Source of the DNA: Candidatus Roizmanbacteria bacterium
GTDB lineage: Bacteria > Patescibacteriota > Microgenomatia > UBA1406
Reading direction: 5' to 3'
Length of the DNA: 64,000 bases
Assembly (NCBI GenBank): GCA_024654535.1
Contig: JANLHL010000016.1
Coordinates: 96,626-160,625, forward strand
Positions 46,225 to 55,704 of this stretch are shown here, piece by piece. The notes under the pieces are model-generated. The model did not search any database. It was given only the letters and a program-made list of their open reading frames with translations, and was not told the origin of the DNA. Made by a program: the position numbers and the translations under genes. Each line of letters starts with the position of its first letter. The stretch's first letter is position 1.

Positions 46225-46623
46225 AAAATAATCTTCTATAGTTTTTTTTGTAAATGGTTCGAGCGGCAGTTTGAGCGAATCTTTCGGTAACACCCATACA
46301 TAACTCTGAGCTTCTTGGTTCAACGTAACAGCAGATGTTTTCGATACTACTTTGAAATCAAGAAATATCATATGTTTTTTTCTATAGTAGGCACCATTCA
46401 GATAGTCATACATACAGATAAAATTATGGCTTTCGATGTCTGTTATTCCAGTTTCTTCTTTTATTTCTCGCAAGAGTGCTTCTTCTACCGTTTCACCCAA
46501 TTCTACATGTCCACCTGGACAACAATATGCCCCGTCCCACTTGTGCGTCTTAACAAGTAAGAGCTCTCCTTTGGGATTTACTATATATGCTCCTACGACT
46601 GGTTCGGGATACTTTCTGTCCAT
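46219..46623 (-). CDS. NUDIX hydrolase
   Basis: Nudix box 'GGHVELGETVEEALLREIKEETG'. Confidence 0.8.
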   Translation of the reverse strand: MDRKYPEPVVGAYIVNPKGELLLVKTHKWDGAYCCPGGHVELGETVEEALLREIKEETGITDIESHNFICMYDYLNGAYYRKKHMIFLDFKVVSKTSAVTLNQEAQSYVWVLPKDSLKLPLEPFTKKTIEDYFL

Positions 46624-47426
46624 TGAGTAAGTATAGCAGAAAAACTCGAACCGAGAAATAGTTGTCCCATTGTTTCAAACTGTGATGTTACATCTGTGGT
46701 ATAAAATAGTCGATTTTTGTTTTTTGTCAATTTTATTTCTATCTCGGGATGATTGTCCAGATAGGCTGACAACCGATGAGCAACAACTGCCCCTTCTGCA
46801 ATAATAGCTATGTTTTTTCCTATAACACTGCGTATAGTAGGAATAAGTATTTCATAATGCGTACAACCTAAAATAAGTGTATCTATGTTACTTTTTAACA
46901 GGGGAGTAAGGTACTGTTTCAGTATAGTTTTGGCAAAGGGTAGCTCATACTCATTTGATTCAACGAGCGGAACTAGTAGTGGACACGCTTTCTGTACTAC
47001 GCGTATTTTGGTATTTAATTTATGAAGTTCACGTTCAAATGCATTCGACTGTACCGTAGCATAAGTCGCTATAACCCCAACTGTATCATTTTTTGTTAGC
47101 GCCACAGCATCCTGTGCACCTGGTATGAGCACTCCGAGCACCTTTTTCCCAGGATATTTTTTCGGCAAATATTCCTGTTGAATTCGCCGCAATGCATCGG
47201 CAGATGCAGTATTACAAGCCAGTATTATAAGTTCACAATTTTTTGAAAATAAAAAATCAACAGCTTGCTTGGTAAAAGTATAAATTGTTTCTTTCGACCT
47301 ATTACCATAGGGCGCACGAGCGGAGTCAGCTAAATAAACATAGTTATACTGAGGCAGTTTTTGAAGTATTTTTTTTAGTACCGTAAGACCTCCAAAACCG
47401 CTGTCAAAAACGCCAATTGAAGCCAT
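46593..47426 (-). CDS. murI: glutamate racemase
   Basis: 'IGVFDSGFGGLTVLK', 'LILACNTASA' and 'LGCTHYE' with the two catalytic Cys. Confidence 0.9.
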   Translation of the reverse strand: MASIGVFDSGFGGLTVLKKILQKLPQYNYVYLADSARAPYGNRSKETIYTFTKQAVDFLFSKNCELIILACNTASADALRRIQQEYLPKKYPGKKVLGVLIPGAQDAVALTKNDTVGVIATYATVQSNAFERELHKLNTKIRVVQKACPLLVPLVESNEYELPFAKTILKQYLTPLLKSNIDTLILGCTHYEILIPTIRSVIGKNIAIIAEGAVVAHRLSAYLDNHPEIEIKLTKNKNRLFYTTDVTSQFETMGQLFLGSSFSAILTQWTESIPNQS

Positions 47427-47492
47427 CTTGTAATTATATGACTAAATGCAAATGAAACATATACATTTTCGCTATAGGTATCCGTTTCATAA

Positions 47493-48173
47493 CTAATCCA
47501 TAAATATTTGAGCAATTGCATGATTAGCCTCTTGCAATGCATTATTAGGTGTAAATCTCACCACATTGTTTCTCACACAATGCGTTCCAATACCAATATC
47601 AAGCATAACTGCCCTATATCGTGAAGGCGATTCTACGGGTTCATTCAATACAACTAGCAACGTATATGCGTCGTGATTTAGAAAAACTCCTGATCCTTCT
47701 GCATACGCTTTTATCGCTAAATCATGGTATGAAAAACTTGCTAAATCTAATTGCTCTGGAGTATAAACCTGTAGCGGAGCATGTTTAGAGGCAACTCCAT
47801 AAAGACCTCCTCTTCGAACATCAGTCATCACTACCATTCCGTTTCCATCATGCCACATATTTCTACACACTGGAACACCGAGCATCTGTAGTATTCTGTG
47901 CTTTACAACAATTTCGTCTGGCATTGCCTCTGGGTGTTCAGGAAAGGTACGAAGTTTTTTAGTTACGTACTCGCCTCTGTACATTCTCCCTTTATACATA
48001 TGCACTGGATTAATAGATCCCTCAGTATTATGAAATGGAACAACGTCGAACGGATTACCAGGAACAATTTCATATGTAAATCTACTTTGAACCATTGGCA
48101 CATGTTCTGGTACGTCTATTATTGAGAATTCACCAGCTGGTCTGTATAGGTTGATTGCCTCAATATTAGTCAT
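47493..48173 (-). CDS. hypothetical protein, 226 aa (very weak protein-kinase-like pattern)
   Basis: Orphan. 'YVTKKL', 'FLNHDAYTLLV' and 'VMLDIGIG' loosely resemble VAxK, HxD...N and DxG of small kinase-like folds. Speculative. Confidence 0.45.
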   Translation of the reverse strand: MTNIEAINLYRPAGEFSIIDVPEHVPMVQSRFTYEIVPGNPFDVVPFHNTEGSINPVHMYKGRMYRGEYVTKKLRTFPEHPEAMPDEIVVKHRILQMLGVPVCRNMWHDGNGMVVMTDVRRGGLYGVASKHAPLQVYTPEQLDLASFSYHDLAIKAYAEGSGVFLNHDAYTLLVVLNEPVESPSRYRAVMLDIGIGTHCVRNNVVRFTPNNALQEANHAIAQIFMD

Positions 48174-48179
48174 TGTATT

Positions 48180-48192
48180 AGTATATCATACT
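48180..48192 (-). promoter_or_regulatory. promoter core AGTATGATATACT (minus strand) 6 nt upstream of ATG 48173
   Basis: Reverse complement of 48180-48192. It is the same 13-mer as upstream of the two paralogs at 11.3 and 12.7 kb. Confidence 0.45.
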
Positions 48193-48343
48193 ATCTCTTT
48201 TACTAGCTTATAATACTTGTGTACACTGATCCAATAACAAGTAGCATCATATGGTACAATTTTGATTGATATGTGAGAGTATTTGTTAATATATTTTGTG
48301 TTTGCGTCTGATAGCTAAAAGCAAATAGCTAATAGCTACTGTA

Positions 48344-48427
48344 GCCGGGGTGGCGGAATGGTAGACGCGCAGGACTTAAAATCCTGTTTCTGTATAAGGA
48401 GTGAGGGTTCGAGTCCCTCTCCCGGCA
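48344..48427 (+). tRNA. tRNA-Leu (anticodon TAA), type II with long variable arm
   Basis: Acceptor GCCGGGG/TCCCGGC, D-arm GCG-GAATGGTAGA-CGC, anticodon arm CAGGA-CTTAAAA-TCCTG and T-arm GAGGGTTCGAGTCCCTC. Confidence 0.85.
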
Positions 48428-48469
48428 CTAGAGATTCTTAACGAACAAATGTGAGTTTAGAAGCTCTTG

Positions 48470-48507
48470 TGTCCTTCCGAAGCCCGCGAAGCGAGCGGAG
48501 GAGGACA
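48470..48507 (+). other. GC-rich imperfect hairpin between tRNA-Leu and tRNA-Pro
   Basis: TGTCCTTC(48470-48477) pairs with GGAGGACA(48500-48507). The inner pairing is GCCCGC-GAA-GCGAGC. It is followed by GATGTTTTCC. Confidence 0.3.
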
Positions 48508-48603
48508 GATGTTTTCCAGACGCGAGGGTCTAATGAACAGATGTATAGATTAGCGAAACCGTACAGTTATAAATTTAACGGTTTGATGTAACAGGAAATT
48601 ATT

Positions 48604-48677
48604 CGGGATGTAGCTCAGATGGCTAGAGCGCACGCTTTGGGAGCGTGAGGCCGTGGGTTCAAGTCCCACCATCCCGA
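48604..48677 (+). tRNA. tRNA-Pro (anticodon TGG)
   Basis: Acceptor CGGGATG/CATCCCG, D-arm GCTC-AGATGGCTA-GAGC, anticodon arm CACGC-TTTGGGA-GCGTG and T-arm GTGGGTTCAAGTCCCAC. Confidence 0.9.
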
Positions 48678-48681
48678 CAAT

Positions 48682-48793
48682 CGTGGGTTTCCGCCTTCGC
48701 TCAGACTTCGGCGGACTAACTGACAGTAATTACTTTCCTTCGACAAGCTCAGGATTGTAAACTGTCAGTTGAGCAAGTCCCACCATCCCAACA
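48682..48793 (+). repeat. duplicate of tRNA-Pro 3' 28 nt split by an 84-nt hairpin-rich insert
   Basis: CGTGGGTT (48682-48689) equals tRNA positions 48652-48659. CAAGTCCCACCATCCCaACA (48774-48793) equals 48660-48679 with one mismatch. The insert 48690-48773 contains stems TCCGCC/GGCGGA and AACTGACAG/CTGTCAGTT. Confidence 0.6.
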
Positions 48794-48957
48794 TTAGCGT
48801 AGCTTTTTGAGGAGCGAGAATTAGCGACACTTGTGTCTCGCCAAAGCTACGTTCAGTTCGCACAAATGTACGAATGAATACCAACCTAAGAAATCAGTAT
48901 TAGATATATTTTCGAATACGTTTCAAGATTTCATGGGAAACTCGAGCTAGTTAGCGC

Positions 48958-49701
48958 TTACTCTAGTGGAGCTAAATTCTGATTACTGGCATCAGGTTGC
49001 AGTTCGATAATAGTACCAAAACCACTAGCACATCTTCCTAAGAGTGCATCTAGAAATGTGTCTGGGGGAGCTCTCCTACCACTGAATAAACCACCGACTA
49101 TTTCCCCTTTATCATTATATACTGGTCCTCCTGAATCACCTGGACAAATTTTCTTACCCATTAATTTCATAGTTAAAGTTTGACCAGATACACTTTCAAT
49201 AGGTCTCGCTGCAACAACAGTGCCTTTCACTTCCCCTTGATCCACACTTCCGGTAATTGATAATTGATCACCAATTTGCGGTTCAAACTGTGCAATAGAA
49301 TTTATATCTTCATTCATTTCGCCAATCACTGGAATTTCTACTAGAGTGTCAAGTATTTGTGGTTCTTTACTTATTACTGTCGCATTTTGTATATCAAGAG
49401 GAAGAATTCTTGTTTCGCCAAAAAATACGTATCCGCACTGATTAAGTCCACGCGCAACGTGTCCAACGGTTACTACCTCTCCGTCATGGATTACAAAACC
49501 AGAACCAACCATTGTCCCATCTTCCTTTAAAATTAGAGGAGGCTCATACAGAGAAGCGTTTTTATCAGGGACTGGTATTGAAGAATAATCACACTGTTTC
49601 TGAGTTTCAGTTTGACATGACGCAAGGAGTAGCAACAATAGTAACGCAGATACACCATATATGCTTCTTAAGTTTGTATTTTGAAATAATCTATCTTTCA
49701 T
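48958..49701 (-). CDS. trypsin-like serine protease (S1 family), probable lipoprotein
   Basis: 'TVGHVA' (His), 'CPGDSGGPVY' (Ser), and a signal/lipobox 'LLLLLLASC'. Start placed at MKDRLF; an upstream Met at 49731 is possible. Confidence 0.8.
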   Translation of the reverse strand: MKDRLFQNTNLRSIYGVSALLLLLLLASCQTETQKQCDYSSIPVPDKNASLYEPPLILKEDGTMVGSGFVIHDGEVVTVGHVARGLNQCGYVFFGETRILPLDIQNATVISKEPQILDTLVEIPVIGEMNEDINSIAQFEPQIGDQLSITGSVDQGEVKGTVVAARPIESVSGQTLTMKLMGKKICPGDSGGPVYNDKGEIVGGLFSGRRAPPDTFLDALLGRCASGFGTIIELQPDASNQNLAPLE

Positions 49702-49811
49702 ATAAAAATATCCTATAGTGTATATTACCATATTTAATAACGATTTTCACTATTCAAATGTTACATACGATCGTTTATAGACAGCTTATCCGTTCTGCCG
49801 TATAATACCCT

Positions 49812-50876
49812 ATGGTTACTTTTGTACTGTCAATTTTTTCTCTAATCGCCATATTCTACATACTAGCGTTAGTCGTGGAAAATCACTTTGTTCCTAGCTT
49901 GGAAAACATATCGCAGAGATTGAAACTTTCTTCCGATATTTCTGGCGCAACGCTAATGGCTGCTGGTTCGAGTGCGCCAGAACTTTTTGTTTCTTTTTTT
50001 GCTTTATTCAGACCATCTGGTGAGCAAGCACTAGGAGCAGGCACTATAGTAGGCTCTGCAATTTTTAATATATTAGTCATTATTGGCGCATCTGCACTCT
50101 ATAAAAAAGCAAAACTTACATGGCAACCGGTCATTCGTGATCTCGTTTTTTATAGTTTTACCATACTGCTTCTCCTACTCACATTTTCGGATGGAAGAAT
50201 TACGTTTCTCGATGCATCACTATTTGTTGCGTTATACGGTGTCTATTTATTATCTTTTAAGCAATGGAAGCGCTTATTTCCTTACGAGATTATTGATACT
50301 CCATTTGAAGACGAAGTCTCCACTATGTCGTCTCGACCAAAAGTACTGCAATATATTGAGCGCTTATTATCTCGAGCATTCTTTAATGATAAAGGAATCC
50401 CACAGAAGCACCTGTATAACTTTTTGCTTTCCGTATTCTATATTGCTATCCTCAGCCATTTTATGGTAGAAAGCGCAGTGCATGTTGCACAATTTCTCAA
50501 CATATCTTCGGCAGTCATAGGCCTAACCGTTCTTGCCGCTGGCACCTCTATCCCCGATCTATTATCTTCTATGCACGTTGCAAAAAGAGGGAGGGGAGAC
50601 ATGGCTATTGCAAACGCAGTTGGTTCTAATATTTTTGATATAGCAATAGGCTTGGGTTTGCCATGGCTCTGTATTCTCCTCACTAAACCGATGCTGGATG
50701 TTGCAACAGAGAATTTACTTTCCTCAGTTTTTCTCCTTTTCGCTACCGTCATCGCTCTGTTGTTCCTATTAATAGTTCGACGATGGCAAATTGGTAGAAA
50801 TGCAGGACTTGTACTTATTGCACTGTATGTTCTTTATGTCATCTATCAATTAAAGGCTATACATCCTGCACTGTAG
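49812..50876 (+). CDS. Ca2+/cation antiporter, CaCA (YrbG-like) family
   Basis: Alpha-repeats 'GATLMAAGSSAPELFVS' and 'GLTVLAAGTSIPDLLSS', with about 10 TM helices. Confidence 0.85.
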   Translation: MVTFVLSIFSLIAIFYILALVVENHFVPSLENISQRLKLSSDISGATLMAAGSSAPELFVSFFALFRPSGEQALGAGTIVGSAIFNILVIIGASALYKKAKLTWQPVIRDLVFYSFTILLLLLTFSDGRITFLDASLFVALYGVYLLSFKQWKRLFPYEIIDTPFEDEVSTMSSRPKVLQYIERLLSRAFFNDKGIPQKHLYNFLLSVFYIAILSHFMVESAVHVAQFLNISSAVIGLTVLAAGTSIPDLLSSMHVAKRGRGDMAIANAVGSNIFDIAIGLGLPWLCILLTKPMLDVATENLLSSVFLLFATVIALLFLLIVRRWQIGRNAGLVLIALYVLYVIYQLKAIHPAL

Positions 50877-50900
50877 TTCTGCATTTGGTACACTAAGCCC

Positions 50901-52091
50901 ATGACTCTCGCTCACGATATACGCCCCACAACACTGAAAGAATTTATTGGTCAAGAACACCTTGTTGGCAAAGGCAAAGTAATAGAACGGATGATAAAGA
51001 GTGGTAACTTGTCCTCGATGATTTTTTGGGGGCCACCTGGTTGCGGAAAAACAACGCTTGCTCAGCTTCTCGCAAAACAGTTTGATGCTCATTTTTATCA
51101 GCTTTCAGGCGTTACCAGTGGCAAAGAAGATTTGCTTAAAATTGTACGCATGGCCCAAGAACATACCCTTTTTCAAAAAAAAACTATTCTATTTATAGAT
51201 GAAATTCATCGATGGAACAAAGCTCAACAAGATGCACTGTTGCCTTATGTTGAAAATGGAACGGTCACGCTTATTGGCGCCACTACCGAAAATCCTTCAT
51301 TTGAAATAATAAGCCCACTTCTGTCACGCAGCCGCATATTTGTTTTTTATCCTCTACAGGAAAAAGATCTAAAGAAGATTACCGTTCATGCACTCGCTGA
51401 TGCAAAAAGAGGTCTTGGTACATACGGAAAAATTCTGGACACAAAGACATTTCAGGCGCTGTACGCACACTCTTCAGGTGACGCGCGTGTACTTTTAAAC
51501 GCACTTGAAATTGCCTGCATGAATTATTCTGAGAAAAAAATTACTGCACAGATGATCACTGAAATTTTCCAGAATAGAGAACATACGCTCTACGACAAAA
51601 AAGGTGAAATGCACTATAACCTTATAAGCGCATTCATTAAATCGATGCGTGCAAGTGAACTAGAAGCCGCACTTTACTATATGGTACGAATACTTGAGGG
51701 TGGGGAAAAACCAGAATTTATAGCTCGTCGCATGCTTATATTCGCATCCGAAGACATTGGCCTCGCAGATAGAGCCGCAAGTATCGTCGCCAATCAAGCA
51801 TTCAGCGCTGTCTCTGTTATAGGTATGCCAGAAGCACAGCTCATTTTGGCTCATGCAGTGCTCTACTTGACTCGAGCCAAAAAATCGCGCGACGTCGCAA
51901 ATGCACTTTCTCAAGCCCAATCACTCGTGAAGCAGTATCCAAATGAGCCCGTGCCACTGTATCTGCGCAATGCACCAACAAAACTCATGAAGGATTTAGG
52001 TTATGGTAAAGACTATGTATGGTCTGAAGATTTTGTTGGTGTCAATAAAAATCTTACTTTTTTACCTGAATCCATAAAAAATAAAAAATAA
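50901..52091 (+). CDS. rarA: replication-associated recombination protein A (MgsA/RarA AAA+ ATPase)
   Basis: 'IRPTTLKEFIGQEHL', 'GPPGCGKTTLA', 'LFIDEIHRWNKAQQD', 'GATTENP' and the C-terminal 'YLRNAPTKLMKDLGYGKDY'. Confidence 0.9.
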   Translation: MTLAHDIRPTTLKEFIGQEHLVGKGKVIERMIKSGNLSSMIFWGPPGCGKTTLAQLLAKQFDAHFYQLSGVTSGKEDLLKIVRMAQEHTLFQKKTILFIDEIHRWNKAQQDALLPYVENGTVTLIGATTENPSFEIISPLLSRSRIFVFYPLQEKDLKKITVHALADAKRGLGTYGKILDTKTFQALYAHSSGDARVLLNALEIACMNYSEKKITAQMITEIFQNREHTLYDKKGEMHYNLISAFIKSMRASELEAALYYMVRILEGGEKPEFIARRMLIFASEDIGLADRAASIVANQAFSAVSVIGMPEAQLILAHAVLYLTRAKKSRDVANALSQAQSLVKQYPNEPVPLYLRNAPTKLMKDLGYGKDYVWSEDFVGVNKNLTFLPESIKNKK

Positions 52092-52129
52092 GCATCTATC
52101 TAATGCTATAATTGTAAATCAATCGTACC

Positions 52130-52201
52130 GCCAGCTTAGCTCAGTGGTAGAGCACTCGCTTTGTAAGCGAATGGTCGTCGGTTCAAATCCGACAGCTGGC
52201 T
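52130..52201 (+). tRNA. tRNA-Thr (anticodon TGT)
   Basis: Acceptor GCCAGCT/AGCTGGC, D-arm GCTC-AGTGGTA-GAGC, anticodon arm CTCGC-TTTGTAA-GCGAA and T-arm GTCGGTTCAAATCCGAC. Confidence 0.9.
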
Positions 52202-52226
52202 CAAAAATAACTAAAAAGACTACGTA

Positions 52227-52985
52227 TTATTGAAAACAAATTACAGTTTCGACTATTTTGAACTCCGGCAACAACCTATTTGGTGTCTTTATGGCCGATG
52301 CTGAACCTCCGTCTAAATTGAGCGCCCACACCACATTAATATGTTCTTTCTCAGCAATTTGAGCGATGATTTCTGGTAAATCTTCAAGATATGGTCCAGA
52401 AAATCGGGAATCATTTTTAAATACGGATACAAAATATAAGTCTTTTGTATCAGTTGTCAGCGCTATACTACGACGCGATTGTTTATCTTCTTGTACCGTT
52501 AGTGAAGATATCTCTCCATTTTTGATTAATAGTGGTCCCGACTGTAATACGTTAGCCATCTCGTAATCTGGCTCCAGTCCGATTTCTCCATGAGCCTTCG
52601 TATCGATACTCAAATAACCATCAAAAAAAACACTTTCTATTTGCGAGGAAACTAAAGTACCATTGATTTGCACTAAGCCAATAGGTTTATAGTCCGTCGT
52701 ATAAAAATTCCCATTTATTGCATATTGACAGGCGAGTCGTTCTGTAATTGCTGCAAAATCTTCTTGTTCTGTATTCTGTATAACAACTGCATTTTCGCTA
52801 CCATGAAACAAAATATAACTATACTGAATTGCACCATGTATTACGGTTGGCAAAACCGGCTCCGTCACGACAATAGCATTCTTCGAACCACTATCTGACT
52901 CTATAGATTTCGTTATGTTACTCTTCAACACATAAAATACAATGAATATATACGCAATGAGCACAATAAGGAGTATTTTTTTCAT
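52227..52985 (-). CDS. phosphodiester glycosidase (DUF2233) family protein, membrane-anchored
   Basis: 'YAINGNFY...PIGLVQINGTLVS', 'LQSGPLLIKNGE', 'RSIALTTDTKDLYFVSV' and 'ALNLDGGSASA'. Confidence 0.7.
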   Translation of the reverse strand: MKKILLIVLIAYIFIVFYVLKSNITKSIESDSGSKNAIVVTEPVLPTVIHGAIQYSYILFHGSENAVVIQNTEQEDFAAITERLACQYAINGNFYTTDYKPIGLVQINGTLVSSQIESVFFDGYLSIDTKAHGEIGLEPDYEMANVLQSGPLLIKNGEISSLTVQEDKQSRRSIALTTDTKDLYFVSVFKNDSRFSGPYLEDLPEIIAQIAEKEHINVVWALNLDGGSASAIKTPNRLLPEFKIVETVICFQ

Positions 52986-53239
52986 TACTCAAGTATATAA
53001 AACTGTAAAAAATAAAGATACTTTTATAATACGATTATATATCGGCCCATAGTTATATATCTAAATACTATATATAATAAGTATATCGTTTCTATGTTGC
53101 TGCAAGAACTTATATTTCATATATATTGTATATATATTTAAATAAAGAAACCTATAATAATGTGCGTGAGGCCTTATGACAAGCTAAATTGAACAGTATC
53201 AATTGCCAAAGGGGTCTTTTTCTGTTATACTGCTAGTCT

Positions 53240-55159
53240 ATGAATTCAAACACTCCTCGATATGACGCAGAATCAGTCGTCGTTCTTGAAGGACTCGAAC
53301 CTGTTCGAAAAAGACCCGGGATGTATATTGGTTCAACGTCTCTTGAAGGAGTACAGGAATGTTTGCGAGAAATAGTCGATAATGCAATTGACGAGGCACT
53401 CGCTGGCTACTGTAATAAAATCATTGTTCGTTTTGAAGAAAATGGTTATTACAGCATCATTGATAATGGCCGAGGCATCCCTGTCGAAATGATGCCGAAG
53501 TATGGCAAAAGTGCACTTGAAATAATTCTTACTAAGCTCCACGCAGGTGCAAAATTCGACGCTAAAACATACAAGATATCCGGAGGATTACATGGTGTCG
53601 GTAGTAGTGTTGTCAATGCACTCTCGATACATATGATTGCTGAAATTATGAGAGATGGAAAAATATATCGTCAGGAATATCGAAAAGGTACTCCTGTTAC
53701 AAAGGTCACTGTTGTTCCAAAATCTCAAATTGGCCTTATAAACGAGAGCGGAACTGCCATTTCTTTTTTACCTGATCCCGAAATATTTACAACTGGAACA
53801 ACGCTCGACCCAGTACGAGCACTTAAACTGCTCAAAGAACGTGCATATCTTACTCCCGGAGTACTTCTCGAATTCGAACATGTAAAAACAGAAGAAAAAA
53901 AAGGATACTTTTTTGAAGGTGGAATTGTATCTCTTATAGAAGACGTTAACCTTGGAAAAAAAGTTCTTCATCAACCTATTTATTTTAAGGATGCTAAAGG
54001 TGATATAGAAATAGAGGTTGCCATTCAATACAACGATTCAATTAAAGAAACACTACAATCTTTTGTCAACGTCATTAATACAAAAGAGGGCGGTACGCAC
54101 GTGACAGGTTTTAGAACCGCACTGACAAAAGTAGTCAATGACTACGCAAAAAAATCTGGAATATTGAAGAATGAAACGCTTACGGGTGACGACACAAAAG
54201 ATGGTATGAGTGCAGTCATATATGTAAAAATGCCTTCAACGAATCTACAATTTGAAGGTCAAACAAAGGCAAAGTTGGGCAACACCGAAGTACAAACCAT
54301 AGCCTATCAAATAGTTAAAGAAGGTTTAGAACGATACCTAGAGGAACATCCCGATGAATCGAAAATAATTATTGGAAAAATGTTTGTTACCCAACAAGCC
54401 AGACTCGCCGCAAAGGCTGCCCGAGAATCGGTGATCCGCAAAAGCGCACTAGAGGGAACAACATTACCAGGTAAACTTGCTGACTGCCAAGAGAAGGACC
54501 CTGACAAATCTGAAATATTTATTGTCGAAGGTGATTCAGCAGGAGGATCTGCAAAGAACGGCCGAGACAGAAAATTTCAGGCAATATTACCTTTAAGAGG
54601 AAAGATATTAAATTCAGAGAAGTCATATTTAGATCGCGTTATGAAATTTAAAGAACTGCGTGATTTAGTTGTTGCGCTTGGTACTGGAATAGCTGATCTC
54701 TATAATTACGAAAAACTTCGGTATGGGAAAATTATCATCATGACCGATGCAGACGTTGACGGTGAACACATAATGACGCTCATATTAACATTTTTTTTCC
54801 GCCACTTACCAGATATTGTAGAGAAGGGACATATTTATATTGCTCAACCTCCTCTATTTAAAATATATCGAGGAAAGCAACTGTTTTATGCCTACAATGA
54901 AGAGGAGCAGAGTCAAATTATAAAAGAACACTTTGCAGACAACTCTTACAGTATTCAGAGATACAAGGGTTTAGGAGAAATGAATCCAGATCAGCTTTGG
55001 GAAACAACAATGAATCCAGTCCATAGAGTGCTCAGACGAGTAATGGTTGAGGACGCAGATGAAGCTGATCGAACATTTACTATGCTTATGGGAGAAGAGG
55101 TACCTCCAAGAAAAAAATTCATCCAAACGCACGCGCGAATGGCCAATCTAGACATATAA
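53240..55159 (+). CDS. gyrB: DNA gyrase subunit B
   Basis: 'LEGLEPVRKRPGMYIG', 'GGLHGVG', the Toprim 'EIFIVEGDSAGGSAK' and 'PLRGKILN', then 'IMTDADVDGEHI'. Confidence 0.95.
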   Translation: MNSNTPRYDAESVVVLEGLEPVRKRPGMYIGSTSLEGVQECLREIVDNAIDEALAGYCNKIIVRFEENGYYSIIDNGRGIPVEMMPKYGKSALEIILTKLHAGAKFDAKTYKISGGLHGVGSSVVNALSIHMIAEIMRDGKIYRQEYRKGTPVTKVTVVPKSQIGLINESGTAISFLPDPEIFTTGTTLDPVRALKLLKERAYLTPGVLLEFEHVKTEEKKGYFFEGGIVSLIEDVNLGKKVLHQPIYFKDAKGDIEIEVAIQYNDSIKETLQSFVNVINTKEGGTHVTGFRTALTKVVNDYAKKSGILKNETLTGDDTKDGMSAVIYVKMPSTNLQFEGQTKAKLGNTEVQTIAYQIVKEGLERYLEEHPDESKIIIGKMFVTQQARLAAKAARESVIRKSALEGTTLPGKLADCQEKDPDKSEIFIVEGDSAGGSAKNGRDRKFQAILPLRGKILNSEKSYLDRVMKFKELRDLVVALGTGIADLYNYEKLRYGKIIIMTDADVDGEHIMTLILTFFFRHLPDIVEKGHIYIAQPPLFKIYRGKQLFYAYNEEEQSQIIKEHFADNSYSIQRYKGLGEMNPDQLWETTMNPVHRVLRRVMVEDADEADRTFTMLMGEEVPPRKKFIQTHARMANLDI

Positions 55160-55179
55160 TTTATTAATTAATACAAACT

Positions 55180-55695
55180 ATGGACTTTACAAAACTTAAA
55201 GTAGAAAAAGATTCACTCCCAAACGTGTTTGTTTTCGTAGAAATTCCAATGGATAGTAAAGTGAAATATGAAATAGATGAAAAATCAGGTTTTCTAATGG
55301 CAGATCGATTCTTGTTTACCTCTATGAAGTTTCCTTTTAACTATGGATTTATCCCAAATACCAAGGGTGAAGACGGGGACCCTCTCGACGTACTACTTCT
55401 TGCTTCTGAAGTTGTCACTCCATCTGCTGTCGTAAAAGCCAGAATTATAGGCATGCTTGAAATGAAAGATGAAGAAGGTATAGATACAAAACTAATAGCA
55501 GTACCGATTAAAAAAATCGATCCACTCTATGGTATGTATGAAAGTATTGATGATATACCGACAGCAGTGAAAGATAAAATTAAACATTTTTTTGATCACT
55601 ACAAAGAGCTTGAACCGGGAAAATGGGTTAAAACTGAAAGATTTTTATCTCAAGAACACGCTGTAGAAATTGTTAAAAAAAGTTTACAAAAATAA
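55180..55695 (+). CDS. ppa: inorganic pyrophosphatase (family I)
   Basis: 'VEIPMDSKVKYEID', 'YGFIPNTKGEDGDPLDVLLL' and 'DEGIDTKLIAVP'. Confidence 0.9.
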   Translation: MDFTKLKVEKDSLPNVFVFVEIPMDSKVKYEIDEKSGFLMADRFLFTSMKFPFNYGFIPNTKGEDGDPLDVLLLASEVVTPSAVVKARIIGMLEMKDEEGIDTKLIAVPIKKIDPLYGMYESIDDIPTAVKDKIKHFFDHYKELEPGKWVKTERFLSQEHAVEIVKKSLQK

Positions 55696-55704
55696 CGCTG
55701 ATCC

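Noticed and set aside
48439-48880. Recurring short motifs (GAACAAATGT / GAACAGATGT / CACAAATGT and CTTGTGTC..CC.AAGC) around the tRNA cluster as a repeat family
   Set aside because: The motifs are short, occur in different orders and orientations, and could arise by chance in this composition. They are reported only as part of the structured intergenic region.
52986-53239. AT-rich, TATATA-rich 254-bp divergent intergenic region upstream of gyrB as a possible replication origin
   Set aside because: I could not find any TTATCCACA-like DnaA boxes by eye, and no dnaA/dnaN is adjacent. It is more simply two divergent promoters in an AT-rich genome.
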